Source of the DNA: Lingula anatina | Lineage: Eukaryota; Animalia; Brachiopoda | Length of the DNA: 64,000 bases | Direction of reading: 5' to 3' | NCBI GenBank assembly: GCA_051362555.1 | Contig: CM120641.1 | Coordinates: forward strand, 48,924,401 to 48,988,400 | Shown here: in pieces, positions 1-55,103 of the stretch | Layout of the letters: every line of letters starts with the position of its first letter | Position numbering within the stretch: position 1 is the stretch's first letter | Notes under the pieces: model-generated | What the model was told of the DNA's origin: nothing | What the model saw: the letters and a program-made list of their open reading frames with translations, nothing else | Databases searched by the model: none | Position numbers and translations under genes: made by a program

Positions 1-573
1 TGACTGAACTTTCTTCCTGTAAATCCATGTTTTCATTTATTTACATATCTGTTATAATTAGTATTATATATATACATTTAAATTTTAGACATTTCTGTGC
101 TCAATAAATTATTATTGTGATTGTTATTAAATTTATTTGAAAAATAATCCACCAACTGGGAAGACTAATTAACCCACATGATAAACTGCTTAAAGTACAT
201 TGAACTATGTACTCTTCAAAGACAATGGGGAAAATAATACATCATTAAATGAACCCATCACATTGAAAGGATGGAACACTTCTAACATTTCCAAATGGAC
301 ATGTGTAAGTATTTCCTTGTGGGATATTATTTCTATTTGTTCATTAAAGAAATTGGAAATAATATATAATTTGTGTCTTTTAGCATTTTCCATTTACTGA
401 CACAAATTTTAAATGCCCATATATTCCCCTAATACTGCAAGGAAAGCTTCTGTAAAAATATCTAAAGCATCCATATCAACATGAAAGATAACTTAGTTTT
501 CTTTTCTTAAAACACAAACCACCTTGGTAACAGGAATAGCTTTGTACTTCAAACAGACATTTTTGTCACTAAC

Positions 574-16917
<16,344 letters not shown>

Positions 16918-17042
16918 ATTGTTTATTCCCCGACACCACTTGCGTTTCCGTTCCACACGTGCTTCCGGTTGAAATTGATGATTGTGGTGTATTTTGGTTG
17001 TGACAGTTTTGGCCGTAGAAGAAATCGGTTTAATATTCAGTC
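16918..17042. promoter_or_regulatory. Compact bidirectional promoter PEX6 / ERCC2 (+LIPT2)
   Basis: Only 125 bp between PEX6 ATG (16917, -) and ERCC2 ATG (17043, +). Contains CACGTG (E-box) abutting CTTCCGG (ETS-type) at ~16956-16968, and a YY1-like AATATGGC over the PEX6 start. Factor identities are inferred. Confidence 0.7.
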
Positions 17043-43077
<26,035 letters not shown>

Positions 43078-43120
43078 GCCAGACTTCTCTTCAAGCCATA
43101 TTAAATTGGCCAGAACTTAA

Positions 43121-43457
43121 AGCAATAATAACTCTTCGTTTCGGCCAAAAAATGAATTTTCCTGGAGTAAACAACAATTTTCCCATACTTACCAATGGTT
43201 AATGAATCCATTTTTACATTCAAAGTTAGTCCCTGGTTTTTTTCTAAAAAGTTTGGTTTTTTGTTAAAATCTCTTAAGAGATTTTAACAGAGTATAGAAA
43301 TCAATGGAGGTCACGTGGTCTAAAGACAAGTTCAAATATCAGAATAAAAGCTATAACTGCTGTTTTTGTGGTAAAACAGAATATATTATATTTCTATGAG
43401 TTATTCACAAGTTTTTTATTGTGAAATATAGGTCTCATGCAAAGAGTTATTATGCCT
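43121..43457 (+). mobile_element. TTAA-flanked MITE (Kolobok-like), copy 2, 43 bp after the ERCC2 stop
   Basis: TTAA|AGCAATAATAACTC ... GAGTTATTATGCCT|TTAA; internal sequence matches copy 1. Confidence 0.88.
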
Positions 43458-44174
43458 TTAATTGGATCGTTATTGAAAGATAAACGGAAGAGTTCCAAGA
43501 TTATTTTTGAAAAAAAAAAAAAAAAAAAAAGGGCCTGACCATGAAAAAATTCCTGAACAATTTAAGAACTACAGTTAGTGCATTGCAGTAAAATCGTTTT
43601 GGAAATTCTATTTCGCAATTCAAAAGGAGTTAAAATTGTTTATAGTACAGTTTCTTCTTTATTCATACATGTAATCAGTTTCATGCCATTACATTTTAGA
43701 TAAGAAGCCAAGAAATAAAATAATAATCAATCACTCTACAAATGTTCTGTCCATTTAAATGTTAAAGGTTTGATAATTAAGTTTCCTATCAATATATGTA
43801 AAAATGTGCATTCCAACTTGCTACAAATATCTACAATGAATCTATATCAAGTGAACCATTCTATTTAAGTCCTAACCATGAACACATTCACCCAAGTCAC
43901 AGCTGCACATATGAAGTGCCAAGAAATCTGATGCATATATACATGATGAATGACATGATTTATATTAATTAATCTTGCATATAAATGAAGGTCCTACCAG
44001 ACTAATGTCAACACTTCCCAGAAACTTAAATATTTGTCAAGAGCCATGAATGAAAGTTCTCAAAACTGGCATATTTTGACAAAGTAACCAGACTGAGGTT
44101 TCAGAATACATAGGTGACTTAATGGGCCTGCTGGAAACCCGTGATGTCCCACTAGGGTACAGGAGGGGTTGTTT

Positions 44175-47100
44175 TCATCTGTGCGTATTCAGCTCAAAGT
44201 GGGACACTGATATCCGCTTGACCTCATCATTGAACTCGACACGCTTTCCTTCAATTATTGTCATGAAGCATTGTTCAAATTCTCTGCGGATGTCACCCAA
44301 GTTAGGCAACTCATCACAGCTGGGGACGTTCAAAAGTCTGTCAAAGAAACGCTTCCACAGGTCTTGCTTCCACCACCTGCAAATAAAAGAACCATTAGCA
44401 TTTGGGAGGTAATGTCTTTTCTAGAAACCAAATTGCCGTCCCATTCCCTCGTTTTGTATTGTTCTGAGAGAGCATGCCAGAATTCACAGTATCTTAAACT
44501 GCAACCACAGCCAATATCTTCATAAAATTTTGACATCTTTAGCACAGGTGTGAAAAACTGTATTCCTAAGTTCTTTTACCTTTTCACTGTATTTGTGGTC
44601 TTCCATCTCCCATTAGTTTGAAAAACATTCATGTATCCACCAAATATTAATACATGTATGGTCCCAACAATGCCAAAGAGGTCAGTCTGGAAAGTAACAC
44701 ACAAACCTGTTTATGACATTGAATGCATTTAATACTAAACACGCACACAAACATAAATGCAGGAACACATTTTTTGTGCTTACTGAGTTGTGCACTTTTA
44801 TTAGAGAGAGAGGGTGGGGGTGGGGGTAAGAAAGATGAAAGTTGCCAGATAAGTCCAGAGTATATCTGTCTTCATTTAAATACACTGGAATCCAGAGGTG
44901 TTCACTTTTATTAGGGGAGAGGAGGAAGGGGAGGTAAGTTACCTGATATGTCCAGGGCATATCTGTCTTCATTTCAATACACTGAAATCCTGAGGTGTTC
45001 ACTTTGGCCAGGAAAGTTGTCCCTGCAGGGAACATGGTCATATCTATGCTGCGGCCAAAGTCAATCAGTTTCATACTGGGTGTGGCTCCAAATATCACCT
45101 CAGGGTCTCTGCTGTCTGGTAAGTGTGGACTGGAATGGAAACAGAAGTGAAGTAATTCCAAACATAAATACTGTAATGTGTAAACACTGTTATCCATTGT
45201 CTACATAAAAACATCAAGGTTACTGCAAAGTGAACACAATTCAACACAGTTGATTGCTGGGAAACAGTTTACAGAAGAAAACACAGAATATATAGAATAA
45301 ATAAGCTTTTTACATCCAATGACTGCACAGTGTGACAACTTACAGGTCCAGTAATAAGAAGTTGTCTGGTTTGATGTCTCCATGGATGATCTGGCTCTGG
45401 TGAATCTGCTCCACAATCCTCAGTAGTTGAATGGTGAGATACATGGCCAGGGACTCACACATAGACATGTGCTTCATCTTATATGTGTTAGCCAACGTCT
45501 ACAACAACAACATAATATCATTATAAACTAACTGGTGAGAGAAGATGGTTCAGAGATGAAAGATATAAAGAATAAAACATGGTCTAGCAATGCAAACCTT
45601 TTTAAAAGTTAATAAGATGCAAAAACAGAGGGGAAGAAAATTGGAAGGAATCAGCACAATAAGTAGACAAAGCTGAATTCAATAAAAATGGGCCCTGTTT
45701 CACAAAGCTTTCGTTAGTCAACCAAGATTTTTAGGCTTCCATTAGTCAGTAGTGCTGTTTTCCAAAGCTGAATTCCATATCGAAGCGAGGCATACTCACC
45801 AGCAGAGTGCCGTTTGTGTACATCTTGTTGACCAGAATGCTGCCATCTTGGAAGAAGTAACCATCCTCTATCGACATCACAGATGATCTCTGAGAAGGAA
45901 ATGGCATATATATACATATATATCAATGACACTTCTCATAAATAATGGTGAATTAAAAACAATATAACATTATTTTAAAATTACAGTCACATGTCAATAA
46001 ATCATGCAATCTCCATCATATGTTTAAACCTACATTAATATAGGGCTGTAGCAATAGTCCCAAGTTTCATTGGTCTAAAGGTTGAATAGCCCTAATTAAT
46101 GGATGTATAAAGTATTTAGTGCACTGGTAATAAAGTAAAGTTCACTGTAATAAAGTAAAGAGATGTGTGCACACAATTTTTTTCGCACCAATGAACCTGT
46201 GAACAGACTAGTGTAAGGTCATAGTCATACCACATCAGGTCCAGGCACAGTGGACAGTCTCTTGTGAAGCTCTGTACAGATATAAAACTCCCACGGACAT
46301 GGCGGCTTTTGAACCTGGAGGAGAAATACAAAGGTCTCTGAAGAAAAATGGATCAATTCTCATACAAATATAACTAATCTACAATTGCTTTTAAAGAAGA
46401 TACATCAGTCACTCTCAAGATTCAAGGTAATTAAATATAAATTAGCACAAATCATCTTTACCTTCATGACATATTTCTGATCCCCACCGTCCAGATCCCC
46501 AATGTCTGTGGAGTCCAGCAAGGAGACCCTGTACACCTTGGCAAACCCTCCCTCCCCCAGCAAAGCATCTACACTGTACAGATCGTCATCTGGAAGACAG
46601 AAAACATTCCAAGTGAAGCCCTCAAGACATCAACATACAACATGTAGCCTACCACCCCATTCATTGAATAACACTGCTGATTTCATTGATTGAGATATAA
46701 GCACAGTATATCTAACATAAATTTTGAGATAAAAACACTCAAGCACTTTCCTTTAAAGGAAAAATTATTCTGTACATCTAAAACCAGTCCCTCTTTCCCA
46801 TAGCATTTTGTACTGTTAAGAGTACACTTAAATTAATTAAATTTTCCTATTAATTCAGAGCATCTCACCCAAGCTGACAGCTGTTCCTGCAGTAATCTCA
46901 GGCATCTCCTCTTGGATAGCATGATAATTGTGGAAGGAAGAGACAGGAGTCGGGAGACGCCTCAAAAACCTGGCCACCAACTCCTCATCAAAGGGATCGT
47001 AGGGATCAATGGCGATGGACATTGAGAGGATGTTCACTGTCTTCTCATCCAGGTCTTCTGGAGCAATGTAGGTGGACATGTCAATCTGGTGCCGGGCGTG

Positions 47101-50100
47101 GTCCCTGAGGTGGTCCCTGGGGGGTGGCTGGCGGGCGTGGTTCTGTAGGTTGAGCAGTTCATGCATGGAGTGCTGAGAGGAGGCCACGCTGCTCCCCTGA
47201 GAGTGAGACCGTGACGACTTCACCTCCTCGTCACTTTGTTCCATTATGGGGCTGAAGAAGGGGAGAAATTATTAGTGTCTTTTCCACAATGATTACCCAT
47301 AAATCTGTGAAACTCAAATTCTACTACATATCAGTGTCCTTGAATTTTAATGCAGTTTTAACATCATGGCCTTAAACAAGAAACATTAAAAAAATTTTGT
47401 GACAATTTCAAATGTAGAGCTGTTGTATCTTTTATAAAAAAAATTCATTCAAAAATGTTTGTAGCTCCTATCAGACGTACCTTAGTCCAGTTTTTGAGTT
47501 CTGCATCTCTGAGGGCATTTGAAATATTCCCTCTGGAGATTTCGCTCCCTCTGCCACTTGTGCTCTTGATGCTGAACCACAATAATTTTTGTCAGGTTTA
47601 TTCTCGTCCTCAAACACAGAGAAGTGTTTGGAGGTGTTAGTGGTCTCAGAGATGTCCGTCCTGTCACTGTCTATGGCACTGGGTCTGATGGTACTGAGGG
47701 GAGGGGCATTAAAGGACGGGTGGTCCCCCAGGGGGTTGAAGGGGGTGGATGCCAACCTGGCTGCAGCAGCAAAATTGGAAGGACCTCCTTGAGGGGCGAA
47801 GGTCATGTCGTAATGGTGGATGTCATTGCGTTGCGTCCCTTCCATCTGCTCTTGCTCCTTTAGGGGAAAAATTATTTTGATGATAACTGAATCATTATAC
47901 CATTCAAAATGGAATGAAAGATGTTATATCTACCTTAAATTTTTACATTTATAAATCAAACACTGAAAACAGATTACAGATAAAAGGCAGCCAATTACAA
48001 TCAAACATGCCACAACTTTCATCTTCAGTTGAAACTTCCTTTTCTGTTTGTCTTGATTTGATTTTCTTTACTGATTTGATTTTCTTAACATGTCCTTTAG
48101 ACCAGTGTTTCTACCTGTTCCTCCTCCTCTTCCTCACCCATCATTCTCTTCTGTTCTTCAAGTGGAATACAAGGTACATCAGTAGCTGGCTGTAACACAC
48201 CTGACAGACCTTGTCTCTTAGGAACTGTCTGGTGACCAAATGGAGGTCTACAATAGAAATAATAACAATACAAGGTACATCAGTAGCTGGCTGTAACACA
48301 CCTGACAGACCTTGTCTCTTAGGAACAGTCTGGTGACCAAATGGAGGTCTACAATAGAAATAATAACAAATATAACAGTCAAAAAAGTGTGCTCAGGCAT
48401 TAATTATTCATTTAATGGTTTATAAATTAATGTATGACCACCAAAGTGTAACAGACTTCAAGTGGATCAATTTCTGACCCACCCTGAAAAATTTTTAAAT
48501 GGCCTCCACAGCTTTCTGGGTGAGTCTGTTAACTAATAAACAAATAATCTTTTTGGCAGAGGTAACAGTATTTTTTAGCAATCCCAGGACTATGACTTAC
48601 TTATTTTCTTTGGTGTCATCTTCAGGCGTCTGAGCTGGCTGGTCACATTTGTTCTCTGTGTCCTGTGCCTGGTCGTCAAATATGGTGAATGGTGCATCAA
48701 CAGGAACAAAGGCCGACACCTTCTCTGTAAGAACACAAACTGGGTCAGTTCCTTCATGATTTAAAGTTATATTCAAATCAGGAGTGGACACTAATCACAA
48801 TATTCTAAATATATCCACTGGTCAGTGATTCTCACAACAAACCAATCTTTAGAGTATCGGTCTATTACTATGGCCCCATTCATGCCTTCTAAAAACCAAC
48901 TGACAATGCAACAATTCATTTGTAATTTCTTTGGAGTAAACTTATAACACCTACTGGTGCTGTAAACTTGTAACACCTACTGGTGCTGTAAACTTATAAC
49001 ACCTACTGGTGCTGGTAGCAGCAAACTGCGCTCCAAACTCGTCATCGTCCATGTTAAAGTCATCCTCCTCATCCTCCTTGGGGGCAGCGCTCCAGCCTAG
49101 GTTCTTCTCAATGTCCAGTGTGTTGTTGAACATCCCCATGACAACCTGCATGGCTTCCCTGGTGTTAACAGTGGGACTGGGTGCAGTCAGTGACTGGAAT
49201 ATACACATACATATAAATACTAGACTATATAACCTGCATGGCTTCCCTGGTGTTCACAGTGGGACTGGGGGCAGTCAGTGACTGGAATATACACATACAT
49301 ATAAATACTGGACTATATTTAACCTACATGACCTCCCTGGTGTTAATAGACGCACACATTACATTGGGGCATACAAATTACAATACTTGTCATATCAAAG
49401 AATCCAACATCAGCAACAATACAGGAGTGAGCACTATGTGAGCCATTAAAAATTTAAGTCTTAACTGTTTAACTTCAGAGGCAGATGAGTCAACACTAAA
49501 TGTTTTACATGCTTTCCTAATAAACCTGATATCATGTTAATGATCTGGTCAAATCTCTTCTAGATCTTCACTTTCCAAATGTTAATCTGTACAGCAATGG
49601 TTTTACTGAAATATCCCTTAATGAGAACAACACATTCAACTCACCCCTTTAAGAGGTGTGTTCCTGGCAGATCCCCTGAAGGGGTTAAAGGTGCCGCTGT
49701 CTGGAGAGGGTCCCACAGACCTCTGTTTGGCAGTGGATGTGGATGACACGCTGGTGTTAGACGAGGTGTTAAAGTTTGGGGTACGGGTACTGTTCAGACT
49801 GCTGTTGGCTGGCTGCTCTTTGGCCAACACGTTTCCACCAGGGTTCATTTCATTGAAGGGAAGTTGTCTTGACAAACTGGTATCTCTGAAGGAATACACA
49901 TACACACTCATTTCACAATAATTCAGACTACATGCTGACACTCTTTATCATTCATCTTATTTTGACAGGAATTCATAAATGTACACATGAACCTGTCTCA
50001 GACATGGCATATCTAAGAATATTCTCTGTTTCTCAGGATGAAAAATCTTTTAATGTTGGACAGGAAACACTGGTCATACCTAAAACTGTTTGTCTTGTGG

Positions 50101-53100
50101 CCTGTGATTGGACCAGCGCCTGAGGCTGCTTGTGTCGGAGCCTGGCGATTAAATTGTAGCTGCTCTTGAAATTTTTTCTGGAGCTCTTGTTCCATCAGCT
50201 GCTGCTGGCGTAACCTACAACAGCACAGATCATCAGTCATGTGATCATCAGTCATGTGATCAAAACTACACAGCAATACAAGATTGTTACAAGCTGCACA
50301 AGAGTCACAGTCAAGAGTATACTGATAGTATTGAATTATACTTTATGCAAAACACTTTCCAAAATCAGTACCCAAACATAAGCTTGAACAGAAAAGAATC
50401 TTTTTAATGTTAAATGCGCACCTTTCCTTCTCAAACTGCTCCTGTTGCTGCTGTATGATCTGCCTCTGTCTCTCCTCCATCTCCCGTCTTTGCTGCTCAA
50501 ACAGCTGCTGTTCCAGGCGTAGCCTCTCCTCCCTCTGTCGTAATAATTCCTCTTCCTGTCTCTCCAGCATTTTTCGTCTCTCTGGATGAAAGGAATAATT
50601 CTTTTAAAGGGAAACTTCATTCAGATTCTATCTGTTTCTTTAAAAGACTTCCCATGTTCTGTGACTGACATTGCACACAGTTGTCACTACTATATTCAGA
50701 AATGAATTTTTATCTTGTAACAGATGCTTTCGCCACCAGTATTACATATTTCCCCCAGACCAATTACCCTGTATTCAGACACCAGCCTGGGGTATTCAGA
50801 GGTCACCTAGGATCCCATCAGAAATGGACTGAAAATCTTGGCATTCAATGACTTCACATAAAAAGCTCCTGCCCAAACGTTTTATAAAATTAAAAATACT
50901 ACATTTGATTTTAAATACTAGATCTGATAAATCACTTTTTGCCTATTAAAAAAAAAAAAAAAAGATATCTACACACCTTCCATCTCTTTCTCTTTTCGTC
51001 TCCTCATCTTGGCTTTCCAGCGTGCAGCCCTCAGTTCCTCAAAGGAGAACTCCTCCGTGCTGACGTAGATCTTCTCCTTGCAGTACATGGGTCTCATGTT
51101 GGGATCTTCTTGGTGGAACTGGCTGATACTCTGCAGGGGGTCTGCTGGCTTGGACGGCTTCCGCGCACTGAGAACACAGATCACAGAATGATGGGAGAAA
51201 AACATCACGCACATTTCTACTAATTTTTTATGACAGCTACTTAGCTAACAATTATATGGTTTTCATGGTCATAAAAACTATGTTAGAAATTTATTGTAAG
51301 TTACTAAATGATATTATTTCACTGCAGTATACTGCATGTTGATAACAAGGTTATGGGCACTGTTCTGACAAGAGCATTTACCTTAAAACTTGATTTCCTA
51401 CTTCTGGCATCTTCCTTGGTGTCCTTTCAAATGAAAATCAAACAGATAACTTGTTAAGTAATGAAAATCAATTTCCTCTAAGTCATGCTGCTTAAGTTTG
51501 GTTAGTACCATCTATTGATTAAAAAAAAAACTATCAAGACTTGATGACATCAAAGAAATCTCTTGCACTGTTCAACAGGGAGAGACTCCACTTTTATATT
51601 TTGGCAATCTTTAGATTTTTTCATGTAAAAAGTTTTTATAAATCAAATCAAAGACGGCACACTCTTATTCCTGCATCAGTTATACACATCAATCCCTGCA
51701 GGGCAGTCACTCACGTCATGGGTTGGTCAGCGTTTTCGTCCACGTGTACAGAGAAGGCAGGTCTGCTGTGTTGGGCTACTTCACTGACCGGTACCACTGG
51801 CACTGACCGCTGCTTCACCTGGGACATAACAAAGCAAACCTTTAAGTACCAGATGCTATTTTAGGGAAATACTTGAGAACCTTTGATTTCTTCAGTTTTT
51901 TTAATTATTACTTTAGATTTCTGGGAAATTTCTGTTTTGCAGAACAAAGAGGAAACTTAAAGGGATAATAACTCTTCGTGTGAGATCTATATTTCACAAT
52001 AAAAACATTGTGAATAACTCAAAGAAATATAATATATTCTGTTTTACCACAAAAACTGCAGTTATAGCTCAAAATTCTGATATTTGAGCTTGTCTTTAAA
52101 CCACGTGACCTCCATTGATGGCTATACTCTGTTAAAATCTCTTAAGAGATTTTAACAAAAAAACAAACTTTTTAGAAAAAAACCAGGGACTAACTTTGAA
52201 TGTAAAAATGGATTTATTAACCATTGGTAAGTATGGGAAAATTGTTGTTTACTCCAGGAAAATTCATTTTTTGGCCGAAACGAAGAGTTATTATCCCTTT
52301 AACTGTGCAAACTATTTTGTTTCTGAGAGGTGTTTTCAAAGGTTTGTTTTGAGGGTTTTAAACCAATCTTGTCAACCTCTGCCTTTGCACAAAAGATGGA
52401 AACACAAAGTACACTTTTCTAAAACCATTACAAGAGCATTCGTTTACAAGAATACTTCTAATAAAGCCAATTACAGTAAATATGATGCAACTCACTTTGG
52501 CAGATGTCCAGACCCCAGCTTTCTGTTCATTTTCTTTCCTGTACACCTCTGGTTTGGTGGGCGCAGAGACGTACTCTCCTGTCTGTGGAGGTAGGCTGGC
52601 ACCAGCACTGGCATTCTCGTCGTTATACACTTGGAAGGACGGCCCTATCTGAGACTGTACTGAGGGCATCTGCAGCCTTAGGCCTCCCTGGGAACCTGAA
52701 GACACACGTACTGGGAGTGAACAGTTGGGAAAAACAGCACCATTTTCAGAAGCTTGTACAAGGGGGGAGTGTAAACATTCTTACAACAGAGACCAGGAAG
52801 AAGTCTTCCTATATAACCCTAGAGGGTTACATCTTCAACAATCAATGGTCACCTTTCTCGGTACATGGTTACATTTACAGCACACACCCCTCAGTGTGAC
52901 ACAAGAACACAAGGATACGTACCTCCCTTGGCTCCTCCTGTCCTTGTATTCCCCACAGCGCCCCTCTTCCCCACTGGTCTCAGAGCCCCCAAAGTGACCC
53001 TCTGTTCCTCTGCTGTCTCCTCCTGGTCTCCTGTCTCCATCATATCACCAGCTGATCTCCTGGCTACACGGGCCTGGAATTCACTACAACATAGCAAAGG

Positions 53101-54800
53101 TGTTCATTAGCTTGGTAGTTAGATCATATATAATAATTATCTATATTATATATGGGGGTCTGTGAGTAACAATATCTACTCATATCAGTCTGATGAAGGC
53201 CTACATCCAGGTCAGCTGTAAGCTAACAATATGAAAGTATTATGGCTTGTGTTTGATATCATAATCATATATGAACAACCATCTAGTTTTTTTATTCACA
53301 TGAAAGCTACACTTTGTTCACGCTAAAGCGTGTTAATAATTTAAGCCATTTTCTTTCTGCTTATGAAGCAAAAAAAATATGATATACATAAAGAAACCTC
53401 TCACATGTTTTCTTTTAAATTAAAATCTTATCATTATTTTGTCAGAGATATTGGTGTTCTAGGACAGAGTATAGAGTTCTATATATACATTTAAGCTAGA
53501 CTACAAACCTGTGTTGTTGCAACAATCTCTCAGTTGGTTGTGCACCTCTTTGAATCCCATCTTTATAAACAGCATCTGCTTTCTTGGTGTTTCCTGCCTG
53601 TTCATACTCAGCTGCCCAGGCCATATAGAACACGGCCAGCTGGCAGCCAATGCCCTGGTTGTACAGAAAGTTGTAGATTTCTAGGGGTTCGTTGCACAGA
53701 CTCGCCTGGAAAATATAAAACCAAATTTTCAATTGTAATTCTCTTTTCTCAATATTTTAAAACTCTTGAGTGTGTGAAATTATGATGAGTATAAAAAGGT
53801 GAGCAGCAGCTATTTTAATTTTCAGATACTTTGTGAAAACTTATAATTTTAGTAGACTGTCATATATTTTGAGTTAAAATCTGTTGCCACTGGGGCTTTT
53901 CATCTATTATCATTGTATACATACTTTTGGTTCCACAATTTAAAATCAACTTACAAACTTCACCCAGCATTCAATGTATCTGTGGTCATTGGTGTATCTG
54001 GGGTCATCTTTATATATGGTCACACAGCGCTGCAGAATGGCCTGCAAGTTTCCATCTTTACCACCTTTAGGGAAGTTTTGTTCAGTCCACTTAACATATC
54101 TGAACAAAAAAAAAAATTAAATTAAAGATCAATTCATAATTTCTAGAATTATATTGAAATCTTTCTTGTTTTTATCTCTATTTTAAACTTCTGTTCTTAT
54201 CTTTATATTTTTGTACGTAATATGGATTAACATTCATACCCACTTCGGACTTTGAATAACCTGCTTGGGAGAGCCATCAAGTTCTCTCCATAACAGATAC
54301 ATGTATATTCATATGATTATTAATTCAGCTTATCATTCTCTTTCACAGACTTACCGAAACCAGACATCCAAAGGGTCATCACCACTGTACGTCCTTAACT
54401 CTGATTCAAACATTCTGAAATTTTCAGAGACATTTTAAAACTATTTTAGTCTTTTACAATAGCTAATTATTTTTAAAGAAAGTTTTCAAAGAGAATAGAC
54501 TTAGATGTTTGTTGTGGAATTGAGTTTATGGATTCCCAATATTATATTCAGCGCACTCCCCATTTTAAGGAGCTCAAGTGAATAATTTTGTACGAAAGAC
54601 AAACCAACCTTTTTCCACATCAACGTGTTACATGATACTCACTGCTTTTGTTCCTTTAACTTAGCTTGCTGATCTCCACTGTGCGGCTGTAGAGCAGCAT
54701 TTAAACTGGAGAATTTACGGCCCTGCTTCAGTGGCTGGACGTTTTCTTTACTGAGTTCCCATTCATTTGGAACCCCGCCGTCTAAAGAATTGTTCATCAT
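44175..54800 (-). CDS. BUB1: Mitotic checkpoint kinase BUB1/BUBR1 (undivided MadBub type), multi-exon
   Basis: N-terminus MMNNSLDGGVPNEWELSKENVQPLKQGR (KEN1); TPR exons (GDDPLDVW, WTEQNFPKGG, YNFLYNQGIGCQLAVFY); KEN2 RKENEQKAGVW; ABBA-like FQVYNDE, FSVHVDE; GLEBS EEFSFEELRAARW; CDI SPTVNTREA; kinase LGEGGFAKVY, HGDIKPDN, LIDFGRSIDM; stop TGA at 44177-44175. Confidence 0.93.
51961..52298 (-). mobile_element. TTAA-flanked MITE (Kolobok-like), copy 3, opposite orientation, in a BUB1 intron
   Basis: TTAA|AGGGATAATAACTCTTCG ... CGAAGAGTTATTATCCCT|TTAA with perfect 18-bp TIRs. Confidence 0.9.
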
Positions 54801-55103
54801 TTTCAATATTTTACAAATAAGTTCAAAGGGAATGAAAAATTCACTTTCCCCGCCACTGATCAGAAATAAATATCATCACCAAAACTTCTCGAGTTTAAAC
54901 TAAACCGCTTTGCGCATGCTCAGATGTAAAAACTATTTTCGGCAGTTTCCGTAGTAAAATCCGTTATGCTAGAAATGGAATATATAAAGAATTATTAGTT
55001 TCAAAATCTTTCTATAAAATAGAAACATTAATCCAAATCTATTTGCATCAATCCACATGCACAAAGAATGAAAAAAGTTTGCCGAAGGTACTCATTTTCC
55101 AAT
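54801..55103. promoter_or_regulatory. Bidirectional promoter BUB1 / ACOXL
   Basis: 303 bp between divergent ATGs. NRF1-like TGCGCATGCTCA at 54911-54922, E2F-like TTTCCCCGCC ~54846, CHR-like TTTAAA ~54894, YY1-like AATATGGCCGC over the ACOXL start. Factor identities are inferred. Confidence 0.65.

Noticed and set aside
1-17. Possible start of the next PEX6 exon (TTTACAG acceptor on the minus strand)
   Set aside because: Only about 16 nt are visible and the phase does not give a clearly recognisable peptide.
16918-16956. ORF-track start of the 442-aa ORF at 16956
   Set aside because: It is a GTG in the promoter region; the ATG at 16917 is the plausible start, and the ORF tail below 15688 is intron read-through.
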